Below are positions 29,870 to 39,775 of a stretch of 64,000 nucleotides of DNA, piece by piece (position 1 is the first letter of the stretch; each line of letters opens with the position of its first letter). The stretch is taken from positions 13,970 to 77,969 of the IMG/VR virus record IMGVR_UViG_3300032322_001069; one strand, given 5' to 3'. The position numbers and the translations under genes are program-made. This DNA comes from a virus. The notes below the pieces were generated by a model. That model ran no database searches, had not been told where the DNA came from, and saw only the letters and a list, made by a program, of their open reading frames with translations.

Positions 29870-31590
29870 GTTACGGTTAATGTATCTACTTCATATTCTA
29901 CGGCCATATTATTTTGTGGAACTATGGATGTAGCATTTGCTGTAATTGAAATTGTGAATGTAGAGCTAGGATCTACACTATCATAGAACAATATGTGTCC
30001 TGTAGTAGGATTAAAGACACCCACCTTAGAATTAACCAGAGTACCATTCGATAGATAAGCAGCAATATACTTGTATCCATTCAATTCAGGAACATTAGTA
30101 CTAGTGTTGTTAAATTTTACCTGACTTGTAGAAAGATTTGTGGTTACAAGAGTGGTGCTAAAACTGCTTATAGCATGATAAAAACGAATATTTCTTGAGA
30201 CATCAAGATCTATTACTTTATCGAATACGAAACTGATATTGCTATCTGTAATTGATAGACCAGGATCATAATCAGTAACTAAAGTTATAAGGTCTGATTT
30301 TGAAATCGCATGATTAAACTCATTGTCCCCATAAGAATTATTAATTTCTACAATCAATTCGGATCTTAATTGAGATGCAGTTTTATTAGTTTTTCTTGAA
30401 TCGTATGTTATAGCTAGTGTAAGTTTCCCAGTAAAATCATCGCTTTCAAGATATTCAATCCCAAGACCAACTATAGATTTAGCAGATAATTTAGTAGTCA
30501 ATGAAGTAACTTGAGAAGAACTCGCACCAAGACCAATTATTGAGTAATAAATTTTTCCATACACTCCGTTATAGTCCTGACCATCAAAAACTGCTATCTG
30601 GTTGCCTATAGTTGTTTCGTCAGGAACATATCCAGACGCAGCAATGGCTGCTTCATAATCGCTTTTTGTCACCAACGATGAGTAGCCATAGTAGCGAGGA
30701 CCAAGATATTTTAAATAATTAATATCTGGAGAATCAAATCCGCCAGAAGAAGTGGTAGAAGATACGGTTGCAGCAGGAATTGCTAGAGCATTATTTGACG
30801 AAAACTGAGAGATGGAATCAAATATAACTCCATTTCCCTGTTGGCCCGATGCCACGACATAAGAAATCGTTACAGCATCAGTGCTGATTATGGATTTGCC
30901 TATGCTATTCACATCTTCAGATTGAAGATTTTTACCAAATTTAACACAGTAATAATCTCCTTTCTTGATCATGAAGAATATCTGAGAGTCTTCTGTTGTT
31001 CCCACAATAGGCTCATTTGTATAATTAGTCCAATAAATTCCATTTACTGAAATTAAAACTGTTCTAATATCAACATTTTTGTCTGGTATTTGATATTCTT
31101 GATTATCCAAATCAACGCTAATTGTGGATTCTTTTATTAATTTTGTTCCAGCATAAAATTCAAATGTGCTGGAAGTATCAATTGTAGTTCTTGGACCGAT
31201 ATAGTAAAAGTTAATAAGATTGTTGTTACTGTTTCTAGCTCTCATGCTAGCAAATCGATCTATTTGGGCAAGATTAGAATTTGTTTTCGTGAATGTTACT
31301 AAAGCCAAAGAAGATTTTTTTGTGGGTGGAGTAAAACCTGTAACCTGTAATAATTTAGATACAGATTCTACATTTTTGGCACTTGAAATGAAAGACTCAT
31401 TGTTTAAAATGTGAAGATAATGTAACCAAATGAGTGTATTATAGGTAAATAGCCCATTGACCATATCAATGGCTGTATTTGGACTATCAAGATCGAACTG
31501 CTTACCAACATCAGTTGATTTCAAATAGGTAACAAGATTTGCCTTTAGAGTGTCGTAATCTAAATCAACTAGGTTAATTGGCTGGGTCAT
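29866..31590 (-). CDS. gp6: baseplate wedge protein gp6
   Basis: DLDYD-LK-L-YL, NESFISSA, KFG, I-Y-G-GN, GG, VT-DYE. Confidence 0.88.
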   Translation of the reverse strand: MTQPINLVDLDYDTLKANLVTYLKSTDVGKQFDLDSPNTAIDMVNGLFTYNTLIWLHYLHILNNESFISSAKNVESVSKLLQVTGFTPPTKKSSLALVTFTKTNSNLAQIDRFASMRARNSNNNLINFYYIGPRTTIDTSSTFEFYAGTKLIKESTISVDLDNQEYQIPDKNVDIRTVLISVNGIYWTNYTNEPIVGTTEDSQIFFMIKKGDYYCVKFGKNLQSEDVNSIGKSIISTDAVTISYVVASGQQGNGVIFDSISQFSSNNALAIPAATVSSTTSSGGFDSPDINYLKYLGPRYYGYSSLVTKSDYEAAIAASGYVPDETTIGNQIAVFDGQDYNGVYGKIYYSIIGLGASSSQVTSLTTKLSAKSIVGLGIEYLESDDFTGKLTLAITYDSRKTNKTASQLRSELIVEINNSYGDNEFNHAISKSDLITLVTDYDPGLSITDSNISFVFDKVIDLDVSRNIRFYHAISSFSTTLVTTNLSTSQVKFNNTSTNVPELNGYKYIAAYLSNGTLVNSKVGVFNPTTGHILFYDSVDPSSTFTISITANATSIVPQNNMAVEYEVDTLTVT

Positions 31591-31619
31591 GGAAATATTT
31601 AGGGTTTAAAAACTTAATG

Positions 31620-31997
31620 TTATTTTTGGACTATAAACTTATAAGTAGATGAAATTAAGGTATTTGCGTCTTCATCTGAGACTGTATATGTTGCAATAAC
31701 ATTCAAATTTTTATTGAATACATTTGATTTGTCTAAAGAAAATTCTATACTTTTGATGCCCTTAGCTTTATATGCGACTATAGAATTAAGATCTGCAAGA
31801 ATTACAAATTCTTTCATGGTATTCTTGTTAAATTTTAATTCATCTATAGAAAAGGGAGTAGAAACAAATCTACCATCTCCCTGTTTGGCCAAACAAATTA
31901 TCTTAATTTGTTGATTCGTAAATGCAGTTTTTGCTATTTTTGCGATATCATTTTTTGAATCGGTTTTAAAATATATGCTTAAATCTTTTAAACTCAT
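31620..31997 (-). CDS. degenerate gp25-like baseplate protein
   Basis: 125 aa; KDLSI-F N-terminus and GDGRF (compare GER-F); immediately before gp6. Confidence 0.45.
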   Translation of the reverse strand: MSLKDLSIYFKTDSKNDIAKIAKTAFTNQQIKIICLAKQGDGRFVSTPFSIDELKFNKNTMKEFVILADLNSIVAYKAKGIKSIEFSLDKSNVFNKNLNVIATYTVSDEDANTLISSTYKFIVQK

Positions 31998-32725
31998 CTC
32001 TGAATCCTCTCTAATGAATCTGTATCTGAATATGTAACATCCTCAAATACATCACCTTCGACTGCGCTACCAAATCTAGACAATGTTAAAACCATTTCAT
32101 GGTGTCTATCTTTGAAAATATTGTGTTTAATGGACAATACTAACCATCTACCATTTAATTTTCCATAGTTGGTTTGATATTCAGGGTTTGCTTGGTCGTA
32201 TAGAGTCACTACATCTCCCGGAGCAACATTAAATGATCCAGCCACTTTTATATCTACCTTTATTGCATTCATCAGAGACAATAAAGCTTTTCGGTATAAA
32301 GGACTTACAGGATCTGTATTCCAAAATGTTGAATTCTTAAAAGCAACATTCAATAATTTATCAAATTCTTTTCCAGATTTTGGGCAATCACAAGAATATG
32401 GGGCATTAGGATCTATCAATAAACAGCCCAGATATTCTCCACCTAACTGCGTTTGTATCTCATTACATAATTTTATATCCTGAAATGCTTCTTGTAAGCA
32501 GCATTCTGTTGGTTCACATTCAGATGGTCTTAATGTAATTCCAGTATAGCCTTGAAAAAATCTTTGTTCGCATTCCTGAATAGTTCTTGGAGATCCATGA
32601 AAAATAGCTTCTGGATTTGCACAGGTATAGTCCCGGCCTTCCATAAAGATTTCATTTGCATCTCTATATTGGCTAGTTCTGGTTATAATTGTCTGTAATA
32701 ATTTTAGATCTAGCATTCTATACAA
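31994..32725 (-). CDS. gp27/GPD-like hub, C-terminal part with Cys-rich N-terminus
   Basis: I-VAG-GDVV-L...GRWLV-SIKH hub C-terminal signature; likely start ATG 32716. Confidence 0.6.
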   Translation of the reverse strand: MYRMLDLKLLQTIITRTSQYRDANEIFMEGRDYTCANPEAIFHGSPRTIQECEQRFFQGYTGITLRPSECEPTECCLQEAFQDIKLCNEIQTQLGGEYLGCLLIDPNAPYSCDCPKSGKEFDKLLNVAFKNSTFWNTDPVSPLYRKALLSLMNAIKVDIKVAGSFNVAPGDVVTLYDQANPEYQTNYGKLNGRWLVLSIKHNIFKDRHHEMVLTLSRFGSAVEGDVFEDVTYSDTDSLERIQR

Positions 32726-34809
32726 GGCCCTTCTTTATCATTCTGTGCGTCAAAGAGATATAGGTAAGGAGTTCTCTTGAGTAAATCAGGACAGAAAGTA
32801 AGACCGCGAATGCTATGCATTTCTATCTGGTACATCTTTACTATATGTCCATGAGAAGCCACTGTACATGCATCGTCTTTTGTTGGATGATTTCCTACTG
32901 CCTGATTTATAGTTCCTAGAGGATAACCATCAGCTATTAGATTTGTTCCTGGACCAGCGTACTTTTTATTCTCATTTTCAAAATTCATTATCTCATTGAT
33001 ATTGAAAGCTTCAAATCCCTGAGTGAATCCTCCAGATCTACCCCACTCGTAACTAACAACCTTGAATCCTGGATGAGATTCTGTGTATTCGTATTCTGCC
33101 CCCTCAAAGCCAAAGGTCTGACCAGTGCAAGTTGTTTCACAAGCTTCACAGATATCAGCACCAGCAATTGAATCTACCGGAGCACATGTAGAACCATTTA
33201 ATGTGACTCCAGCAATTCTTATAGGAATAAATTCAATTTCTTGCCAAGAATACCTATACGCTTTTGCTCTGGTATTAGGTTCAGTTTGGCCTTCTCCCTT
33301 TATAGCCGATGCTCCAGTAATCAATGCCCAGAAAGAATTATTAGAATCTAAACAGCAAACAACATATTTGAAAATATTCCATTTTTCTTTAATTCGTCTA
33401 AGAGCCAAGTATGTTGCTCTTTTTTGTGCTGCTGTCTTTTTAATATCGATATAAATTTTTGCTACATTTTTGTCTGACGGTGTTTGGCCACCTAACGGAT
33501 CTGTTATGATTTCTCCTACTTTAGGATTAAATTCATCTATATCGAACATGGTTTGCCACATTAACTGTGTCTGTCTGTGGCCCATCAACTCTTCTGCTGT
33601 TACTCCTTGTTCAGTATAAAAAGTATAGCTTGGCTCATATACGCTATTATTGTAGAATGAATTATCAAAATAACCAAACTTACCATCATCATAAAAGCGT
33701 TTGGTATAAGTAGCCATAGTTGCACCTACAGCAGGATCATAAAATTCTAAATTTACTTGATCATATTTTATTAACTTTTCTACATCTCCAGGCTCAAATG
33801 GATTTTGATTTGAAGGTGAAGTTTCATATATTTTATAAATTTCTTCTGGAAAATGTTCTTCTATTTTATAGAGAATATTAGATTTGGTTATACCAACTCC
33901 ATAATCTGAATAGCTAAAAAATGGATTTGAAAGATTTGGCGCAACTCTTTCATAGTAAGAAGAGAACGCTCCAGAGTTTTCCAATTCCATCATCGATAAA
34001 GCAGGGTGGAATCTAACGCTGTCTATTTTCTGGCGACCTTCACTTAAAGCTGTATCTAAGCTATCTCTGGCCTGAATTACATAATTCATTTTAGATTCTG
34101 CTTTGATCATATCGCCCAAGGACATGAAATTAGTAGATGTTAGATCTTTCCAAAAGAAAAAATCTGCTCTAACTTTATCTTCTTCTTTTTTAGAATTCGC
34201 GTTTTCTGCCAAATAATTTAATAGTGGTAGTACTTTACTATGATCTACTACTCTACCGCTTGGATATGTCATTGGTCTTGGTTTTAGCCAAGCGTAATTT
34301 TCTGTACTTGAAAGATTATATTCTTCATCTATAAAATATCTTTCGAATAGTTCTTTTATCCAACTATCCCCGTCAAATTCTCCTTCGGCAGAACTTTTGC
34401 AAATTTCTTTAATATCCTCTTCAAATTTAAATGGCAATCTTTCATTAAAAAAGTAAGATTCATGAATAAATTTTAATATTACTAATCTTGGCTGTGTTCT
34501 ATCGGCATAATCGGTTGCTCTTGCTGCTTGATAAACATGATAATATGGTAAATCTACCATATTTCCAAATCTATCTGTTATATTAATTTTAATTACATCT
34601 TTACCAGTAAAATTAAAATCACCGATCATGTCTCCAGGATCTCTTAATATAAGAGTTCCAGAAGGAATAGTTCCAAAAATACTTTCATCAAAAGTAAGCT
34701 GCTCCAAATAACCATTGCTTTGATTATTATTTACAACTACCCATTCTTTATTGGTTCTAGCATGAGTAATTGTTATACTATTAATACTTAGTAGATTAGC
34801 TACTGCCAT
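32710..34809 (-). CDS. gp27-like baseplate hub, N-terminal part
   Basis: ESIF-G-L-D-G-D-I N-terminus and FFFW-D-NF-L motif; follows gp53. Confidence 0.6.
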   Translation of the reverse strand: MAVANLLSINSITITHARTNKEWVVVNNNQSNGYLEQLTFDESIFGTIPSGTLILRDPGDMIGDFNFTGKDVIKINITDRFGNMVDLPYYHVYQAARATDYADRTQPRLVILKFIHESYFFNERLPFKFEEDIKEICKSSAEGEFDGDSWIKELFERYFIDEEYNLSSTENYAWLKPRPMTYPSGRVVDHSKVLPLLNYLAENANSKKEEDKVRADFFFWKDLTSTNFMSLGDMIKAESKMNYVIQARDSLDTALSEGRQKIDSVRFHPALSMMELENSGAFSSYYERVAPNLSNPFFSYSDYGVGITKSNILYKIEEHFPEEIYKIYETSPSNQNPFEPGDVEKLIKYDQVNLEFYDPAVGATMATYTKRFYDDGKFGYFDNSFYNNSVYEPSYTFYTEQGVTAEELMGHRQTQLMWQTMFDIDEFNPKVGEIITDPLGGQTPSDKNVAKIYIDIKKTAAQKRATYLALRRIKEKWNIFKYVVCCLDSNNSFWALITGASAIKGEGQTEPNTRAKAYRYSWQEIEFIPIRIAGVTLNGSTCAPVDSIAGADICEACETTCTGQTFGFEGAEYEYTESHPGFKVVSYEWGRSGGFTQGFEAFNINEIMNFENENKKYAGPGTNLIADGYPLGTINQAVGNHPTKDDACTVASHGHIVKMYQIEMHSIRGLTFCPDLLKRTPYLYLFDAQNDKEGPCIEC

Positions 34810-35527
34810 TTACATTATCCTCAATAAGCTGAACAACACTCTCTTTAGGCACATTAATTATATTTGTGTTGTTGATCAATTTTTCCTTTTCGTTTACTGT
34901 AACATAACCACCAGTCGGTGTTCCTGTCAAGTAATATAGATTCACATCTGAATCTGTAATAACAATATTATTTTCATTTATAAACTCTACAGGAGAATCT
35001 GAATAATTTTGAGTTCCATAAATTAATATTGAGTTTGTTTGTTGCCATTGGCCGTTTATTTTTTTGAATACTGGTAAATTGCCAGTACCTAAAGTGCCAA
35101 CCATCAATGCTTTGATCTTTTTAATCTCTACATCCTGATCTATGACATAAGCAAAATTAGTTGTTATGTCAAATCCAGCACTAAAGCCAGAAGTTGGTGT
35201 TCCAATAAGATCTCCAAACCCAAGAGTTGCACTGAAATTTCCAAATATTGCAGTAAATTTTTCTAGACTATCCTCTATCTTTTTTGTTGGCGGTGGAAAT
35301 TGTTCAAAGGGGTTTATAATGTCTGAAGTATAAATTGGAGCAAAATAATAAGCAGGATCTTTGAATAATTCAATGGAAAGTTTATCCAGCAATAAATTAT
35401 TGTCTATTCTTTTTCCATATAGATCAGAATTGTATTCGGCTAAATCATATTCTGAACCAAAATCCTTTACAGATCCGGTTGTACCATTAAAATTATAAGA
35501 AATTGTATTAAATTTTCCAAAAATCAT
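34796..35527 (-). CDS. gp53: baseplate wedge protein gp53-like
   Basis: F-KF-I-Y N-terminus, degenerate LysM-like D-LS-L-YY-I-IINPF-FP; follows gp48. Confidence 0.65.
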   Translation of the reverse strand: MIFGKFNTISYNFNGTTGSVKDFGSEYDLAEYNSDLYGKRIDNNLLLDKLSIELFKDPAYYFAPIYTSDIINPFEQFPPPTKKIEDSLEKFTAIFGNFSATLGFGDLIGTPTSGFSAGFDITTNFAYVIDQDVEIKKIKALMVGTLGTGNLPVFKKINGQWQQTNSILIYGTQNYSDSPVEFINENNIVITDSDVNLYYLTGTPTGGYVTVNEKEKLINNTNIINVPKESVVQLIEDNVNGSS

Positions 35528-36291
35528 GGTGGAATTATTCGAGAAATTTCAGATTTGCTATAAACAGCACCTTTGTAGGATGTTCCTGTTTCAAACTCTT
35601 TGAAAATTAAAGTCAGGGATGTTGCCATTGGAGCACCATCTTGGAAGAATCTAGATGTGTCTTCATCACCAAAAGGAATTTTATTAATTTCTACAGTAGC
35701 CAAAACACAAACTAAAGGATCGCCAAGCCATAGAGTAGTTAATTGGGCGGGATTGCCTTGGCCAACGACTTGTAGTCTCCACAAGAACGGAGGAAGGACT
35801 CTTTCTGGTACATTCGTGGCTAAAGGATAGGAAGCAGTCCTAAAAGCCTCACATATATTCCCAATGGCAGTTGATTCGTTGAAGGTTTTTGGAACCATCA
35901 AATATTTCAACCTAAATTCTCTTCTTGCCTCGGAAGAAAGAGACATTTCAGTAATGTTTGAAAACATTTGCTGAGTTGTCGTTGAATTCATATTTTCAGC
36001 TATAACTGCTACAGGGTCTGCAAATGCTCTTTTCAATAATGCCGATGCCGAACCAGCATTGGCTTCTCCTGCCGCACTTAACATGGGGCCAACCGGATTT
36101 GGACCTTCATTAAACCCGTGCTGTGTGGATATGTTTATGCCAAGGGGCAGAGGAAGAAGGATGTAGTCCAATCTTCTTTGTGAGATAGCTGTTCTGGTTC
36201 TATCAGCCGCCAATACGCTGTATTCAGCGGCCTCAAAAAGGACACCGTAAGGTATTTCTGCAACATCTTCTAGTGGAAATTGAAATGGCAT
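35524..36291 (-). CDS. gp48: baseplate tail-tube cap gp48
   Basis: FPL, LPLP, R-F-PK-ES-I-F, PP-W, C-L, DG-P-L-F-E-E. Confidence 0.8.
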   Translation of the reverse strand: MPFQFPLEDVAEIPYGVLFEAAEYSVLAADRTRTAISQRRLDYILLPLPLGINISTQHGFNEGPNPVGPMLSAAGEANAGSASALLKRAFADPVAVIAENMNSTTTQQMFSNITEMSLSSEARREFRLKYLMVPKTFNESTAIGNICEAFRTASYPLATNVPERVLPPFLWRLQVVGQGNPAQLTTLWLGDPLVCVLATVEINKIPFGDEDTSRFFQDGAPMATSLTLIFKEFETGTSYKGAVYSKSEISRIIPP

Positions 36292-36314
36292 TTTTGGTTC
36301 ATACTATATATTCT

Positions 36315-36743
36315 ATGCCGTACAAAACAAAATTTGTACCATCTAACAAAGATAAGTATGTCGGTAATTGTGAAAAAATACTATGCAAATCTTTATGGGA
36401 ACGGAAACTTTGCAAGTATTTTGATAACACCGACAGCGTTATAAAATGGTGTTATGAGTGTATCAAAGTACCTTATATTTCGCCTGTAGATAAAAAGAAG
36501 CATCATTACTTTCCAGATTTTTTAGTCATGCTAAAAGATAAAAATAATAGTGTCAAGACTATGATGGTGGAAGTAAAACCGGAAAAACAAACCAAGCAGC
36601 CTACCAACCCCAAAAGAAAATCTTATAAAAATGAAGTGGTTACTTTCGTAATAAATGAAGCAAAATGGACTGCGGCAAAATCTGTTTGCGAAAACAACGA
36701 ATGGGAATTTAAACTCTTAACAGAAAAGAACCTCTTCAAATGA
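36315..36743 (+). CDS. gp4: head completion nuclease gp4 (TnsA-like PD-(D/E)xK)
   Basis: P-N-KY-G, SLWERK, PY-SP-D-H-YFPDF, VEVKP-QT, N-AKW-AA, TE. Confidence 0.93.
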   Translation: MPYKTKFVPSNKDKYVGNCEKILCKSLWERKLCKYFDNTDSVIKWCYECIKVPYISPVDKKKHHYFPDFLVMLKDKNNSVKTMMVEVKPEKQTKQPTNPKRKSYKNEVVTFVINEAKWTAAKSVCENNEWEFKLLTEKNLFK

Positions 36744-37288
36744 ATTCAATAGAAGATATCAAAAGAATTATTAATCAGGCTGGCGGTTTACAGAGAACAA
36801 ATCGATTTAATGTAAATCTATATTCGCCTACAGAATCAACAAATAGCATTCCTGCACAAAAAGTAGTTTTTGGTGGAAGAGAAATACAGGCAATTTCTGA
36901 TAAACTTCCTGGTCCAGGATTAGGTAGATTAATTCCAATAAACATCGGATATGGTGGTAGAGATCCATCTTTGCAAATAACCTTTCCAGTAGAACAAGAC
37001 TGGAAAACATATAAGATGATTGAGCTTTGGATGAATACTTTAGCAAACGATGGTAGCAATCCTGCATTTTTCTACGGATTTAGCTTTGCTCGTCCATATG
37101 CATTGTATGCTAAAAATGGTGGAGCAGAAGTACAATGTTTAGATACAAACGGTTCGATTAAAGCTACATTTAGATTTAGAGAAGTGTATCCTATAAGAAT
37201 AATCCCCATAGAAATGGATGCATCTATCTCCAATTCATTTTTAACTTATGATGTTATTTTTAACTTTAGATCTTATCATGTTTATTGA
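36740..37288 (+). CDS. tail tube initiator gp54-like (tube fold)
   Basis: GGLQRTNRF, WMN, F-EVYP, V-F-FR; between gp4 and gp26. Confidence 0.7.
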   Translation: MNSIEDIKRIINQAGGLQRTNRFNVNLYSPTESTNSIPAQKVVFGGREIQAISDKLPGPGLGRLIPINIGYGGRDPSLQITFPVEQDWKTYKMIELWMNTLANDGSNPAFFYGFSFARPYALYAKNGGAEVQCLDTNGSIKATFRFREVYPIRIIPIEMDASISNSFLTYDVIFNFRSYHVY

Positions 37289-37297
37289 AAAATTATT

Positions 37298-37987
37298 ATG
37301 AAAAATTTAACTAGAAATTTACCAAAATATTCGTGTATTCGTCCAAGCACCGGAAAAGAAACAAAGTTTCGCCCCTTCCTAGTATCAGACGAAAAAACTC
37401 TACTGCTTATAAAGCAGGAGCAGAATCCTAGAATGATAATTCAAAATGTCGTTGAATTATTATCTTCTTGCTTTGATGATCTTGATGTAGATTCAATGAC
37501 ATTACAGGATGTTGAATTCTTGTTCTGTAATTTAAGAAGTAAGTCTGTTGGAGAATTGGTTAAAACTAATTTTACCTGTCCAGTGACTTCTGAAAAAATT
37601 AAAACTGATTTGGATCTTTCACAGCTAAATGCATCAAAATCAAATACAACTTTTGAGCTAGCATTGGATACTAATTACAAAATAATATTCAAAGAGCCGA
37701 ATCTAAGAAAAATATTTTCAGTGGAAGGGAACTTTGATATTGATCATCTAATTAAATCTTGTATTGATAAAGTATGTAAAGATGATGTTGTTTACGAGTT
37801 TTCTGATTTATCAAATCAAGAAATGTGTGAAATTTTAAAGAACTTTACTACCAAAGAATATGAACAAGTAAAAACCTTTGTAGTTAATTTACCAAAAACA
37901 TTTGCTGTTGTGTCATACACAACAAATGATGGTGTAGCAAGAAAAATGAGATTGGATGGGGTACTCAATTTTTTTACATTTGCATGA
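37298..37987 (+). CDS. gp26: baseplate hub assembly protein gp26
   Basis: PS-FRPFLV-EK-LL, D-E-LF-LRSKSVGE, G-NFF. Confidence 0.9.
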   Translation: MKNLTRNLPKYSCIRPSTGKETKFRPFLVSDEKTLLLIKQEQNPRMIIQNVVELLSSCFDDLDVDSMTLQDVEFLFCNLRSKSVGELVKTNFTCPVTSEKIKTDLDLSQLNASKSNTTFELALDTNYKIIFKEPNLRKIFSVEGNFDIDHLIKSCIDKVCKDDVVYEFSDLSNQEMCEILKNFTTKEYEQVKTFVVNLPKTFAVVSYTTNDGVARKMRLDGVLNFFTFA

Positions 37988-38148
37988 ATCATATTGACTT
38001 GATGATTTTTTATAAAATTTCTTATTTCTTAGCATCAAGCAATGTACTAAGTGTGACGGAAGTAGAAAATTGTATTCCTTGGGAAAGAGAAATATATTTT
38101 AATCAACACAAGAGTAAACTAGAAGAGGAAAAATCTAAGAATGGCTGA
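37984..38148 (+). CDS. gp51: baseplate hub assembly catalyst gp51-like (54 aa; absent from ORF track)
   Basis: Manual translation MNHIDLMIFYKISYFLASSNVLSVTEVENCIPWEREIYFNQHKSKLEEEKSKNG; PWEREIY motif; ATGA overlap with gp26. Confidence 0.8.
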   Translation: MNHIDLMIFYKISYFLASSNVLSVTEVENCIPWEREIYFNQHKSKLEEEKSKNG

Positions 38149-38848
38149 AACAGATATTTTATCCTTTCCGAGCGAAATACCAACACCAAATTCTGGTTCA
38201 AATTCTTTATTTGATTTCGGCAATACTCCCAATCTTAATATGGGAAATTATTCTGGAATGATACCAGAAAATAATACTCTTGGTCAGTTTAATTTTGATA
38301 CTGGTTCCAATATGTTCCCGGAAGAAATGCCAGTTTATGATCCGGGACTAGAACCTGACGGACAAATGCCATTCTCACCAACAGAACCTGGATTAGGAGA
38401 ACAGATGTTCCCCGGTGATATGATGCCTGCGGACATTCCTCCTATGTTCGAACCCACAATGCCAGGATTGGGTGAGCAAATGTTTCCTGAAGATATTCCA
38501 CAAGAAATGGAAAACGAAATTCCATTTGAAATGCAGGATACATCAGAAATTCAACAGAATGAATATGAAAGAGATACACTACTGAATCTTCTTGAATCGG
38601 CTCAGGGCCTTGATCAAGATACAAGAAATGTAGTTCAACAGAAAATTCAATCTTTAAATACAGAAATACAGCAGCAAAAACAAAGAGTTGATATGTTAAT
38701 GTCCAGAAAAGGTGCTGTTGTAAATCCTGGATTTTCCTCTACTATGAATCCACAAAGAGTAGTAAATGCTTCTTCTGGCTATGAAGAAGATTTAAGAGAG
38801 TTTTTTATGGAAATAAAAAACCCTCCGGTGTGGAGGGTTTTAGGCTGA
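38141..38848 (+). CDS. Met/Pro/Gly-rich repeat protein with a coiled-coil segment
   Basis: PGLGEQMFP twice plus related repeats; Q-rich helix near the C-terminus. Confidence 0.7.
   Translation: MAETDILSFPSEIPTPNSGSNSLFDFGNTPNLNMGNYSGMIPENNTLGQFNFDTGSNMFPEEMPVYDPGLEPDGQMPFSPTEPGLGEQMFPGDMMPADIPPMFEPTMPGLGEQMFPEDIPQEMENEIPFEMQDTSEIQQNEYERDTLLNLLESAQGLDQDTRNVVQQKIQSLNTEIQQQKQRVDMLMSRKGAVVNPGFSSTMNPQRVVNASSGYEEDLREFFMEIKNPPVWRVLG
38815..38841. terminator. bidirectional rho-independent terminator
   Basis: AAAAAA-CCCTCC-GGTGT-GGAGGG-TTTT between convergent genes. Confidence 0.85.
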
Positions 38849-38856
38849 GGAAGGTA

Positions 38857-39729
38857 TTAGTCTTCCTTGGCTAGTCGCTTGAAGTACTCAAGCGCATCTT
38901 CGTCCTCGTCAGGCTTGGGGGCCTTACGAGCAGGAGCAGCCTCAACTTCGTCCTCATCTTCCGCTCTCTTTGCGGCAGGGGCAACGCTGCGAATGTCGCC
39001 ACCGAGAACATCATTGAGCTTCTTCTTGAGTTCGTCATACGACTTGAACTCAGTCGGAGCAACAAAGTCCTGAAGCTTGTAAAGAGTCTTCCAGAGCTTT
39101 TCTAGCTTCTCATCATCACCCTTATAGAGTTCGCTAGGACCGTCAAACTCAGACTTGTCGTAGTTGGTGTAACCAGCAACCTTACGGATCTTTAGCTTGA
39201 AGTTAGCACCCTTCCAGAAGTCGAATGGATTGATGGCTTCCTCATCCTTGAACTGAGGCTGCATGGCCTCCTGGACCTTCTGGAAGATCTTGGTCCCGTA
39301 CTTGAAGAGGAACACCTTGCCTTCGTTCTGGGGGTTGGATGGGTCGCTAACGACGAGAATATTGCTGATGTAGGTCAGCTTACGCTTACGGGTACGAGCA
39401 AGATCCTTATCCTTCTCGACTCCGCTATTCCAGAGTTCACTGTTGGCTTCGCAGATCGGACACTTCTGACCGATGGTGGTTGGGCAGTTATCGATCAGCC
39501 AGCCACCCTTGCCCTGAAAGCCGTGTGAGTAAACCTTGGCCCACGGAACATCTTCGCCTTCACAGGCAGGCAGGAAACGAATGACGGCATAGCCATTGCC
39601 AGCCTTATCAACTTCCGGTCGCCAGAACCGATCATCCTTGTAATCGGCAGTCTTGTTTAGGTCTTCGATCTTCTTGGTTAGATCTTCAATGCTTGACTTC
39701 GAACGCTTCTTAAAATCGCTAAATGACAT
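38857..39729 (-). CDS. gp32: single-stranded DNA-binding protein gp32
   Basis: DDRFW, GNGYAVIRFLP, HGFQG, CP-CE, PFDFW-GANFKLK, NYDKSEF, acidic tail. Confidence 0.97.
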   Translation of the reverse strand: MSFSDFKKRSKSSIEDLTKKIEDLNKTADYKDDRFWRPEVDKAGNGYAVIRFLPACEGEDVPWAKVYSHGFQGKGGWLIDNCPTTIGQKCPICEANSELWNSGVEKDKDLARTRKRKLTYISNILVVSDPSNPQNEGKVFLFKYGTKIFQKVQEAMQPQFKDEEAINPFDFWKGANFKLKIRKVAGYTNYDKSEFDGPSELYKGDDEKLEKLWKTLYKLQDFVAPTEFKSYDELKKKLNDVLGGDIRSVAPAAKRAEDEDEVEAAPARKAPKPDEDEDALEYFKRLAKED

Positions 39730-39775
39730 ATAGTCTCCTTATATTAACCCAAGGAACTCCCTTGGCCGATGGTGT

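Noticed and set aside
32700-32740. Programmed -1 frameshift joining the two hub ORFs
   Set aside because: No X-XXY-YYZ slippery heptamer in the short shared open window; translational coupling or an indel is simpler.
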